A stretch of DNA of 64,000 nucleotides. It comes from an uncultured Gammaproteobacteria bacterium (GTDB taxonomy: Bacteria > Pseudomonadota > Gammaproteobacteria > CAZYIF01). The stretch spans positions 4,133 through 68,132 of the forward strand of contig CAZYIF010000010.1 of NCBI GenBank assembly GCA_964646995.1. The letters run 5' to 3'. A program made the position numbers and the translations under genes. How positions within the stretch are numbered: the stretch's first letter is position 1; each line of letters opens with the position of its first letter. Under the pieces are notes generated by a model. The model saw only the letters and a list, made by a program, of their open reading frames with translations. It made no database searches and was not told where the DNA came from. Shown here piece by piece: positions 32,780 to 40,635 of this stretch.

Positions 32780-34125
32780 TGTTAAGCAGTGACCGCGATA
32801 CGATTGCTGCAATAGCTACACCACCGGGACGTGGTGGTATAGGGATTGTACGTGTATCGGGTACACGGGTTCCTCTTGTCATTCAGCAAATGTTCGGTGC
32901 GTTGCAGCCACGTTATGCAACCCACAAAAAATTTTTAAACGCAGCGCAAGTTCTTATGGATGAAGGTGTTGCGCTCTGGTTTCCGGCGCCGCATTCTTTC
33001 ACAGGTGAAGATGTGTTGGAGCTGCAAGGACACGGTAGCACGATTGTATTAGATGGCGTATTGCAACATCTGTTTACCTTAGGCGTAAGACTCGCGCAAC
33101 CCGGTGAATTTTCACAACGTGCATTTTTAAATAATAAAATCGACTTATTACAAGCAGAAGCCATTGCCGATTTAATCAATGCAAGCAGTGTGCAAGCTGC
33201 GCGTGCCGCCATGCGTTCACTACAAGGCGATTTTTCTTCGCAGATAACGACCTTTAAACAAGCCTTGGTGCAATTACGTATGTACGTAGAAGCCACCATT
33301 GATTTTCCCGAAGAAGACATTGAACACGCCAGTGAAATTGGTGTGCAGCTATCAGTATTGCAACAGCATTTACACACGCTACAAAAAACCGCACAGCAAG
33401 GCGTGTTATTGCAAGAAGGCGTGACGGTTGTCATTGCCGGTTTGCCTAATGTGGGTAAATCCAGTTTGCTCAATCAATTGAGTGGCGAAGAAACGGCAAT
33501 TGTTACGGCCATTCCCGGTACAACGCGTGATATTATCCGCTGCCACATTCAGTTAGAAGGTTTGCCGATCGTGGTCATTGATACAGCGGGATTACGAGCC
33601 AGTTCTGATCCTGTGGAGCAAGAAGGAATACGCAGAGCGATCGCACAAATGAGCAAGGCCGATCACGTGCTACTTATAGTAGATGAAAGGTATACGCCGG
33701 AAATGGTAGAGCAGTTGCTACGCGACTATCCCGCATTGCAACAGTGTCCACATACCGTGGTGCACAATAAAATTGATTTAACCGGTCAAGCGCCGCACGC
33801 AGAAAAAAACAAAGACAGAGCACATATTTATGTATCTGCTAAAACGGGTGCGGGGTTAGATGCGTTGCGCACGCATGTGACCCGAAGTATGGGGTATCAA
33901 GGCGGCGCAGGCGATTTCAGTGCGCGGCGACGTCATGTGGATGCGTTGACACGGGTGCAACAATTACTGATGCAGGCACAGCACACCTTTACCCACTCTC
34001 AAGCCGGCGAGTTAGTCGCGGAAGATTTGCGGTTAGCGCAACAGGTGTTGGGTGAGATAACCGGCGAGTTCACCGCGGATGATTTGTTAGGCGAGATTTT
34101 TTCGCGGTTTTGTATCGGTAAATGA
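32779..34125 (+). CDS. mnmE: tRNA modification GTPase MnmE (TrmE)
   Basis: 448 aa. G1 GLPNVGKSSL, DTAG, NKIDL. C-terminal CIGK tetrapeptide. Confidence 0.95.
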   Translation: MLSSDRDTIAAIATPPGRGGIGIVRVSGTRVPLVIQQMFGALQPRYATHKKFLNAAQVLMDEGVALWFPAPHSFTGEDVLELQGHGSTIVLDGVLQHLFTLGVRLAQPGEFSQRAFLNNKIDLLQAEAIADLINASSVQAARAAMRSLQGDFSSQITTFKQALVQLRMYVEATIDFPEEDIEHASEIGVQLSVLQQHLHTLQKTAQQGVLLQEGVTVVIAGLPNVGKSSLLNQLSGEETAIVTAIPGTTRDIIRCHIQLEGLPIVVIDTAGLRASSDPVEQEGIRRAIAQMSKADHVLLIVDERYTPEMVEQLLRDYPALQQCPHTVVHNKIDLTGQAPHAEKNKDRAHIYVSAKTGAGLDALRTHVTRSMGYQGGAGDFSARRRHVDALTRVQQLLMQAQHTFTHSQAGELVAEDLRLAQQVLGEITGEFTADDLLGEIFSRFCIGK

Positions 34126-34132
34126 GGTGTGC

Positions 34133-34167
34133 GTTATCGTGCTGAGGAGTAAGCTTTGTTACAAATT
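34133..34167. terminator. bidirectional stem-loop between convergent mnmE and GNAT genes
   Basis: ctgaggag ... ctcctcag, a perfect 8-bp stem with a 19-nt loop. Confidence 0.4.
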
Positions 34168-34566
34168 TCTCCTCAGGAACAAACAAGCAGAGTCCTTTAC
34201 ATAGCCTTTACGTTCAAAGTCAATTTGATATCCCAGTTTCGCATAGAACCCCTGCGCGGCTTGGAAGCTCATCGTTGCTAAGGTAGCCATCGTACAGCCC
34301 TGTTCATGGCCGTACGCGTGAACCCGTTCCAGCAACGCGCGACCTAAGCCTAGCTTGCGATGATCAGGGTGAACCCATAACTGATCGGTATAGATAGAAC
34401 CAAAAAGCACGTAGCCATTGCATCCTGCAATGAGTGCTTGGATATTATCTCGTATAAAAAAGCCAAACGGACAGACCGTGCCAAACCCGGGTGTTTCCTG
34501 GCTAATTTTCTGGGTGAGAAGATCGATATCTTGGTTGGCGGGTGTTAAGGTGTGTTCGATGTGCAT
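34159..34566 (-). CDS. GNAT-family N-acetyltransferase
   Basis: 135 aa. Acetyl-CoA-binding motif A HRKLGLGRALLERVHAYGHEQGC. Confidence 0.75.
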   Translation of the reverse strand: MHIEHTLTPANQDIDLLTQKISQETPGFGTVCPFGFFIRDNIQALIAGCNGYVLFGSIYTDQLWVHPDHRKLGLGRALLERVHAYGHEQGCTMATLATMSFQAAQGFYAKLGYQIDFERKGYVKDSACLFLRRNL

Positions 34567-34602
34567 CGTACATTCTCCGGTATTGATACGTAGGGTACAC
34601 GA

Positions 34603-35904
34603 TTATTCGGGTGCTGTTTTGCAGAGTAACGCATAGTAAAAACCATCCATCTGTTGTGTGCCAGGAAGAATCTGTATGCCATGCCGCGTGTTGCGGGCAC
34701 AGGACAGTTGCAGTGGCATTACCTTGGCGTCACGTTGCACGGATAAAAACCGCGTTATGACCTCATCATTTTCTACGCGCAACACCGAACAGGTGGCATA
34801 CAACAACAGCCCGTGGGGCGCTAGGCAAGGCCATAGGGCCTGCAATAGCGTGTATTGTTGTTCATGTAGGGTGGCGATATCGTCAGCTTGGCGCAACCAC
34901 TTAATGTCGGGGTGACGCCGAATAACGCCGGTGGCGGAGCACGGTGCGTCCAGCAAAATACGTGCGAACGCTTGACCATCCCACCATTGCGCTGTTTGGG
35001 TGGCATCGGCACAACACAATGTGGCGTGTAGTTGTAAGCGCTGCAGATTTTCGCTGAGGCGGGTGAGACGTGCGGCCGATTTCTCCACGGCAAGTAGCGT
35101 GCAATCCGGCGCACATTCCAGTATGTGACAGGTTTTGCTGCCGGGTGCAGCGCAGGCATCTAGCACGCGTTGTTCTGGCTGTATGTCTAATAAGGTTGCG
35201 GCGAATTGTCCGGAGGCATCTTGCACGGAGACGTCGCCGCATGCAAAGCCGGGTAATTGCGTCACGTCAACCGCGTGTTGTAGGGTGAGCGCAGAGGGTA
35301 CCTCTGTTATCGGTTGCGCCGTAATTCCTTGTTGTTGCAAGCGTTGCACGTATTCTTCGGCGTTAACGCGTAGCCTGTTGACGCGTAAGGTCAACGGTGG
35401 TCGTTGATTATTTGCATGTAAGATAGCTTGCCACGCATCAGGCCAGTCGTGTTTGATGGCTTCGAGTAGCCAAGTCGGATGTGCATAGTGTGCCGATTCT
35501 TGCGTTGCACACCGTGCTAAGCACGCGCTACGTTCACGCTGACAACGGCGCAACACGGCATTGAGTAAACCTCTGGCCCAGGGTTTGCGTAAAGCAACGC
35601 AGGTCGCCACGGTTTCGTTGATCACGGCATGTTCCGGGATAGCGAGATGCAACAGTTGATAGAGGCCTACCCACAGTAAAATCTGCAGATCAATGTGTTT
35701 AGCAGGTAAGGGTTTTTCGAGTAATTGCGTGGTTAAAAAGTTTAATTGCGGATGAAAACGCAACACGCCATAGCACAACTCATGCAGTAATGGGGTGGAG
35801 ACGTCGGCGCTAGGCGTGGGCTGCTTGAGCACTTCGGTCAGCGAAAGCTTGTTATGAATGACTTGATGCAATAGTTGTACGGCAAGCAGGCGCGTCTGGC
35901 TCAT
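34603..35904 (-). CDS. rsmB: 16S rRNA (cytosine967-C5)-methyltransferase RsmB (Sun)
   Basis: 433 aa. N-terminal NusB-like domain. VLDACAAPGSKTCHILE SAM motif, plus catalytic Cys motifs. Follows fmt, as in E. coli. Confidence 0.9.
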   Translation of the reverse strand: MSQTRLLAVQLLHQVIHNKLSLTEVLKQPTPSADVSTPLLHELCYGVLRFHPQLNFLTTQLLEKPLPAKHIDLQILLWVGLYQLLHLAIPEHAVINETVATCVALRKPWARGLLNAVLRRCQRERSACLARCATQESAHYAHPTWLLEAIKHDWPDAWQAILHANNQRPPLTLRVNRLRVNAEEYVQRLQQQGITAQPITEVPSALTLQHAVDVTQLPGFACGDVSVQDASGQFAATLLDIQPEQRVLDACAAPGSKTCHILECAPDCTLLAVEKSAARLTRLSENLQRLQLHATLCCADATQTAQWWDGQAFARILLDAPCSATGVIRRHPDIKWLRQADDIATLHEQQYTLLQALWPCLAPHGLLLYATCSVLRVENDEVITRFLSVQRDAKVMPLQLSCARNTRHGIQILPGTQQMDGFYYALLCKTAPE

Positions 35905-36905
35905 GGATTTTCCGCGGTAGGCAGTAGTCGTTTGCCCGGTTGCAGCCAGGCGCGCGCGGCATGACGCAGTTCCTTGATGGAGAGCACCTTACCTCCGGGC
36001 AATTGCAGTTGGGTGATACCCAATTGCCCTTGCGCGCAGGCGACGTGCAAGGTCGTGTCGGTGACTGCCACGATAGTGCCTGGCGGCGCTGCATCATCGC
36101 TGTGTGGTAAGGCGTGGCTCGCCCAAAGTCGCAGTCGTTCGCCGCTATCGATGTGGGTATAGGCGATGGGCCACGGATTGAAAGCGCGCACTTGTCTAGC
36201 GATGGCTTCGGCACTGTGCTGCCAATCGATCAGGCCTTCTTCTTTGCTGAGTTTTTTCGCGTAACACGCGAGTTGATTTTCCTGTGCGACGGGTTTTATG
36301 GCACCTGCTTCCAGTAGGGGGAGTGTAGCGAGCAAAGTATGAGAACCCAGTATAGCTAATTTATCGTGTAGCGTGGCGCTGCTATCCTCGGGTGAAATGT
36401 CTAGCGCTTGGCTGTGTAAGACGGCGCCCGTGTCTAGCCCTACGTCCATTTGCATGATACTAATGCCGGTGCGGGTGTCGCCGGCTAAAATAGCGCGTGC
36501 AATCGGTGCCGCGCCGCGCCAGCGTGGCAATATGGAGGCGTGGACATTGAGGCAACCATAGCGTGGTAGTGCTAACACGGCAGCCGGCAACAGCAGGCCG
36601 TACGCGACGACCACGATGAGATCCGGTTGTAGTGTGTGTAGTGTATGTTGCGCTGTAGCATCCAGACGTGCCGGTTGATAGACCGGAATGTCGTGGGTCT
36701 GCGCGAGGTGTTTGATGGGACTGGCATGTAGATGACGGCCGCGTCCCGCAGGGCGATCCGGTTGCGTATACACAGCGATGATGTCATGCGTGGAGGTCAC
36801 TAATGCGTGTAGCGACGGCACAGCAAACTCGGGAGTTCCTGCAAAGATGATGCGCAATGTAATAATCCCTTGTGCAAAAGTCAGGAGCATATCACAGTTG
36901 TTCAA
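35901..36905 (-). CDS. fmt: methionyl-tRNA formyltransferase
   Basis: LRIIFAGTPEFAVPSLHAL N-terminus. Formyltransferase core (HASILPRWRGAAPIARAI) with SLYC-like motifs. The start is probably a few codons inside the track ORF. Confidence 0.92.
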   Translation of the reverse strand: MNNCDMLLTFAQGIITLRIIFAGTPEFAVPSLHALVTSTHDIIAVYTQPDRPAGRGRHLHASPIKHLAQTHDIPVYQPARLDATAQHTLHTLQPDLIVVVAYGLLLPAAVLALPRYGCLNVHASILPRWRGAAPIARAILAGDTRTGISIMQMDVGLDTGAVLHSQALDISPEDSSATLHDKLAILGSHTLLATLPLLEAGAIKPVAQENQLACYAKKLSKEEGLIDWQHSAEAIARQVRAFNPWPIAYTHIDSGERLRLWASHALPHSDDAAPPGTIVAVTDTTLHVACAQGQLGITQLQLPGGKVLSIKELRHAARAWLQPGKRLLPTAENP

Positions 36906-36954
36906 CGCAGCTCTAGCAGATGAGACAGTCCGTTATCGGCTAACACAAGATCCA

Positions 36955-37297
36955 TTGCACTGCAAAATGCGCTTTTTGCATTTTGCAGTATTCTCTAGGC
37001 GATGGGGTTTCCCAAGGGGAGAATCGCGATTCTTCCCTTGAGCGCCGTTAAGCCCAGTTTTACTGGGTAGGCGTAAAGTTAAGGGTAACTATTCAGCAAA
37101 TTTGAGGATGCTGTTTATTGGCGAGGTAAAAATAGTTGTTTTCTCTACGCGATGAGGATTCTCAAGGGGAGAATCGCGATTCTTCCCTTGAGCGCCGTTA
37201 AGCCCAGTTTTACTGGGTAGGCGTAAAGTTAAGGGTAACTATTCAGCAAATTTGAGGATGCTGTTTATTGGCGAGGTAAAAATAGTTGTTTTCTCTA
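36955..37297. repeat. 2 x 150-bp perfect-tandem intergenic repeat carrying a hairpin and a 26-bp palindrome, plus a partial third unit
   Basis: Unit 1 spans 36991..37140 and unit 2 spans 37141..37290. The two units are almost identical by eye. The next unit begins with ttctcta at 37291. Each unit contains aaggggagaatcgcgattcttccctt and gtaactattcagcaaa. It is preceded by the hairpin tgcaaaatgcgctttttgcattttgca at 36961..36987. Confidence 0.85.
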
Positions 37298-37371
37298 AAC
37301 AGTCGCCAATAGGCTGTGTGAAAGGCTATACTCCTGCCTCACCTCGGTATTGCGGTAGGGTACAGCGAACC

Positions 37372-39096
37372 ATGTTACACCGGTACTACACATTAACCAA
37401 CGCGGTCAGCGCGCCTAATCGCTGGGATATATTGGCGTTGCTATTGATCCTGGGACTCGTGGCGTTGTTTACGTGGATCGCCAAGCAAATGGCCTTGCCC
37501 TATCATCTCGGTGATCCCATTGCGATTAGTTTAGGTGTCCGTGTGTTACCGGGTTATGCGTTGCATACGGTGCTACGCATGGCCATGGCGTTGGTTTGCT
37601 CTTTTTTATTCACGCTTATTTTTGGTGCGCTAGCGGCAAAGAATCGTCAAGCCGAGCGGATCATCATTCCCCTATTAGACATCTTGCAATCGGTTCCGGT
37701 GTTGGGTTTTCTCTCGATTACCATCGTGGGTTTCATTGCCTTGTTTCCCGGTAGTTTGTGGGGGCCGCAGTGCGCGTCCATTTTCGCTATTTTTACGAGT
37801 CAAGCGTGGAATATGACGTTTAGTTTTTATCAGAGTTTGCGAACAGTCCCCTCCGATTTACAAGAAGCGGCGATCATGTTTAGGTTATCTGCATGGCAAC
37901 GATTTTGGCGTATAGAGGTGCCCTTTGCCATGCCCAGTTTGCTGTGGAATGCCATGATGTCGATGTCTGCCAGTTGGTTTTTTGTGGTGGCCTCTGAGGC
38001 TATTTCTGTGGCGAACCAAACCATTACCTTACCGGGTATTGGTTCGTATATTGATGTGGCGATCAAGCAAGCGAATCTACACGCGGTGGCCTATGCCATT
38101 GTTGCGATGATGATCGTCATTGTGTTGTACGATCAACTTTTTTTTCGCCCCTTATTGTGTTGGTCCGAGAAATTTAAAATAATCCAAGATACGCCGCAAG
38201 AGGCCAGTCATTCCTGGATCGTGAGCGTGCTGCAACGCACCCGATGGTTGCGTTACTGCAGTGCTAAGTTGGGTATTGCGGCGAGCCTATTTATTAACTT
38301 GGGCGGCGGCTCCAAGAAACCGCGTTATTTGGAACAACAGCCCTTGTCGACCAGTGCGCGGTATAGGGCGTATGCGTGGAACATATTGTTGTTTGCCGTG
38401 GTGTTGGGGCTTAGCATTGCCTTAGTGCGCTTTGTGGCGCTATCGTTGCATTGGCAAGAGGTGCGACACGCACTGTTCCTCGGTAGCGTGACAGGGTTGC
38501 GGGTTATTATTTTAATTGCATGCAGTTCCTTGTTGTTGATTCCGCTTGGCGTGTACATCGGCATTAATCCGCGCTTGGCACAGGTGCTGAGTCCGGTGAT
38601 TCAGGTGGCGGCCGCGTTCCCCGCTAATTTGTTGTTTCCTGCGGTAGTGTTGTTGATAGTCAAATACCACTTGAATGCAGAGATATGGACGGCGCCGCTG
38701 ATGATTCTCGGGGCGCAGTGGTATATTTTATTTAACGTGATCGCAGGAGTTTTAGCCTTGCCCAAAGACTTATATCAAGTGACGGCGAATTTAGGCGTGC
38801 GTGGCTGGTTGTGGTGGCGCCGTCTCATTTTACCCGGAATTTATCCCTATTATATTACCGGTGCGATTACTGCCGCGGGTGGCGCATGGAATGCGAGCAT
38901 CATTGCGGAATGTGTTAGCTGGGGTGACACGACCTTAACGGCAACCGGCTTGGGCGCTTACATCAAGGCGTACACGGCCGACGGTGATTTCCCCCGTATT
39001 GCACTCGGCATCGGTGTCATGTGTTTGTATGTGGTGTTATTCAATCGTTTGTTGTGGCGGCCGTTATACGCGTTTGCGGAACGACGGTTTCATTAG
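37372..39096 (+). CDS. ABC transporter permease, duplicated (two fused BPD-transporter/TauC-SsuC-type domains, about 12 TM)
   Basis: Two EAA-loop motifs (DLQEAAIMFRLSAWQRFWRIEVPFAMPSL, and TANLGVRGWLWWRRLILPGIYPYYITG). The track ORF begins at 37252 inside the tandem repeat. I start at the ATG at 37372 (MLHRYYTLTN...). Confidence 0.7.
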   Translation: MLHRYYTLTNAVSAPNRWDILALLLILGLVALFTWIAKQMALPYHLGDPIAISLGVRVLPGYALHTVLRMAMALVCSFLFTLIFGALAAKNRQAERIIIPLLDILQSVPVLGFLSITIVGFIALFPGSLWGPQCASIFAIFTSQAWNMTFSFYQSLRTVPSDLQEAAIMFRLSAWQRFWRIEVPFAMPSLLWNAMMSMSASWFFVVASEAISVANQTITLPGIGSYIDVAIKQANLHAVAYAIVAMMIVIVLYDQLFFRPLLCWSEKFKIIQDTPQEASHSWIVSVLQRTRWLRYCSAKLGIAASLFINLGGGSKKPRYLEQQPLSTSARYRAYAWNILLFAVVLGLSIALVRFVALSLHWQEVRHALFLGSVTGLRVIILIACSSLLLIPLGVYIGINPRLAQVLSPVIQVAAAFPANLLFPAVVLLIVKYHLNAEIWTAPLMILGAQWYILFNVIAGVLALPKDLYQVTANLGVRGWLWWRRLILPGIYPYYITGAITAAGGAWNASIIAECVSWGDTTLTATGLGAYIKAYTADGDFPRIALGIGVMCLYVVLFNRLLWRPLYAFAERRFH

Positions 39097-39199
39097 GCGG
39101 TTGTCAGTCAAATAATAAGCACTAAGATAATAAAGGGATTGATTAACTCGTTGCCATTGTGCATAATAGCACCAGCAATCATAACAACAAGAGGTAGCC

Positions 39200-40321
39200 A
39201 TGCTTTCATTATTTGGTTTTCGACGTGCGGTTGATTCCGCACAAGCAATGCGGGATTTAGAGGAAAAAGTTCGGGCCTATACCCCCGGTAAATTAGATTT
39301 ACCGCAGGGTGATCCCTCCGCATTATTTGATTTATTGGCACAGCAGGGCGTTAACATCCCCATGAATCAGCGGGTGGATAGCATAGGGCAGCGCGGCTTG
39401 CTGAAGACCGGCGACATCCAAACGATGGCACTTTACCTTAGTCAGCGAGAAAACCTAACTATTCCTGAACAGGCGAACATAGGATACCTCACAAATTACC
39501 TGTATGACCAGTTCGTTGCGACAGCCGAGCCTGCTTATGAGAACTGCTTATATTTGCTAGTCTTGGCAGGTCATGCGGATGCTGCGACTAAGTTGGGTGA
39601 TCACTACAGCGATGCGGCGCAGCGGGAGCCAGCGCGTAGCGGTCAGCTCTTGGGAATGGCAGGTTACTATTACTTAGTGGGTGCATTTCTGCCGCAAGAT
39701 AATCAGGGTAATAACTTTATTGATCCGGTCAATGCCATTCGTGGGGCTAGACTCGTTATCACCCTGCAAGCCAGAACGGGCGTGCCTTCTCCCCACCCTC
39801 ACCTACCCCTAGCGTTGGCCATGTTGGAGCATGTGGTTGTCTCTGATCAAAGCCCTAGCGGTTTAGGTCAGAATGCACAAGCTGCGTTGTCTTTACTGAC
39901 TGATGCGCACTTAATGCAAGTGCGTTTTAGCGAGCAGGAGGTCAAGGCCTTGCGTTTTAATCCGCAGTCGGCGGTGACCATGCATGCTGCACCTGGTGAT
40001 GCGGTCAATTCCTTGGGTTTGGCATTGCATTTCATGCAACGCTATCACACGGAGGGTCCTTTTCAAGATAATTTTTTACAGCTGCACTATCGTGTAAGCA
40101 GCGGGTATAACGATCTCGGTGTTGAGCTGCAGCATTTTAGAAACCCACAAGTCGAGTATTACCTCTGTCACATATTAAAGGTGGTTGCACCGAATGTGCC
40201 ATTGCTAAATGGTGTTGAAGGCAGCCAAAATTTGCAGATTAGGATAGGCGAACTGGAGCAAGCAAGAGGTGATAGCGGTTCTAGTTCTACGCTTTCCTTA
40301 ACGAAAGGGTCGACCGCGTAA
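39200..40321 (+). CDS. hypothetical protein (373 aa), no recognisable family
   Basis: Long ORF with no signal peptide or TM. Weak Sel1-like character around LGDHYSDAAQ...LLGMAGYYYLVGAFLPQDNQ. Confidence 0.45.
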   Translation: MLSLFGFRRAVDSAQAMRDLEEKVRAYTPGKLDLPQGDPSALFDLLAQQGVNIPMNQRVDSIGQRGLLKTGDIQTMALYLSQRENLTIPEQANIGYLTNYLYDQFVATAEPAYENCLYLLVLAGHADAATKLGDHYSDAAQREPARSGQLLGMAGYYYLVGAFLPQDNQGNNFIDPVNAIRGARLVITLQARTGVPSPHPHLPLALAMLEHVVVSDQSPSGLGQNAQAALSLLTDAHLMQVRFSEQEVKALRFNPQSAVTMHAAPGDAVNSLGLALHFMQRYHTEGPFQDNFLQLHYRVSSGYNDLGVELQHFRNPQVEYYLCHILKVVAPNVPLLNGVEGSQNLQIRIGELEQARGDSGSSSTLSLTKGSTA

Positions 40322-40420
40322 GCGGCGAGGAATCGTCAAGTCAAACGCATCATTATTTCCTGTATTGGGTGTTTACAATCCGCGTCAGTGTCTGGGCTTC
40401 CTCCCAATCGCTGGCGTGGT
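40318..40420 (+). pseudogene. degenerate fragment of a paralogous ABC-permease gene (relic)
   Basis: agcggcgaggaatcgtcaagtcaaacgcatcattatttcc at 40318.. matches agcggcaaagaatcgtcaagccgagcggatcatcattccc at 37631.. inside the permease gene at about 32/40 nt. It translates to ARNRQVKRIII... versus AAKNRQAERIII... and is then interrupted by a stop. Confidence 0.4.
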
Positions 40421-40635
40421 GTTTCATCGCTGCTTCGTATACCTTAATAATCACCTCTCTTTTTTTGCCCACGGTTCTCTACCGTGACAGGCCGCATTTC
40501 AATACCTATAGACTGCGAAAAAGTACGGTTTGATTCCCATAAATAATTGTGGTCGTAGCTCACTGTTAAGAAAATCTTAAGAAAACTCTGTTACGCTCAC
40601 TCCTTAGTAGTACAGTTACAGAATGGAACCTCAAT

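Noticed and set aside
34821-35407. Several Arg-rich ORFs overlapping rsmB on both strands
   Set aside because: GC-rich shadow frames of rsmB.
37252-37371. The track's N-terminal extension of the ABC permease ORF (MRMLFIGEVKIVVFSKQSPIG...)
   Set aside because: This stretch lies inside the 150-bp tandem repeat. The first 40 codons are repeat-encoded. A proper start (ATG at 37372, MLHRYYTLTN) precedes the first TM helix.
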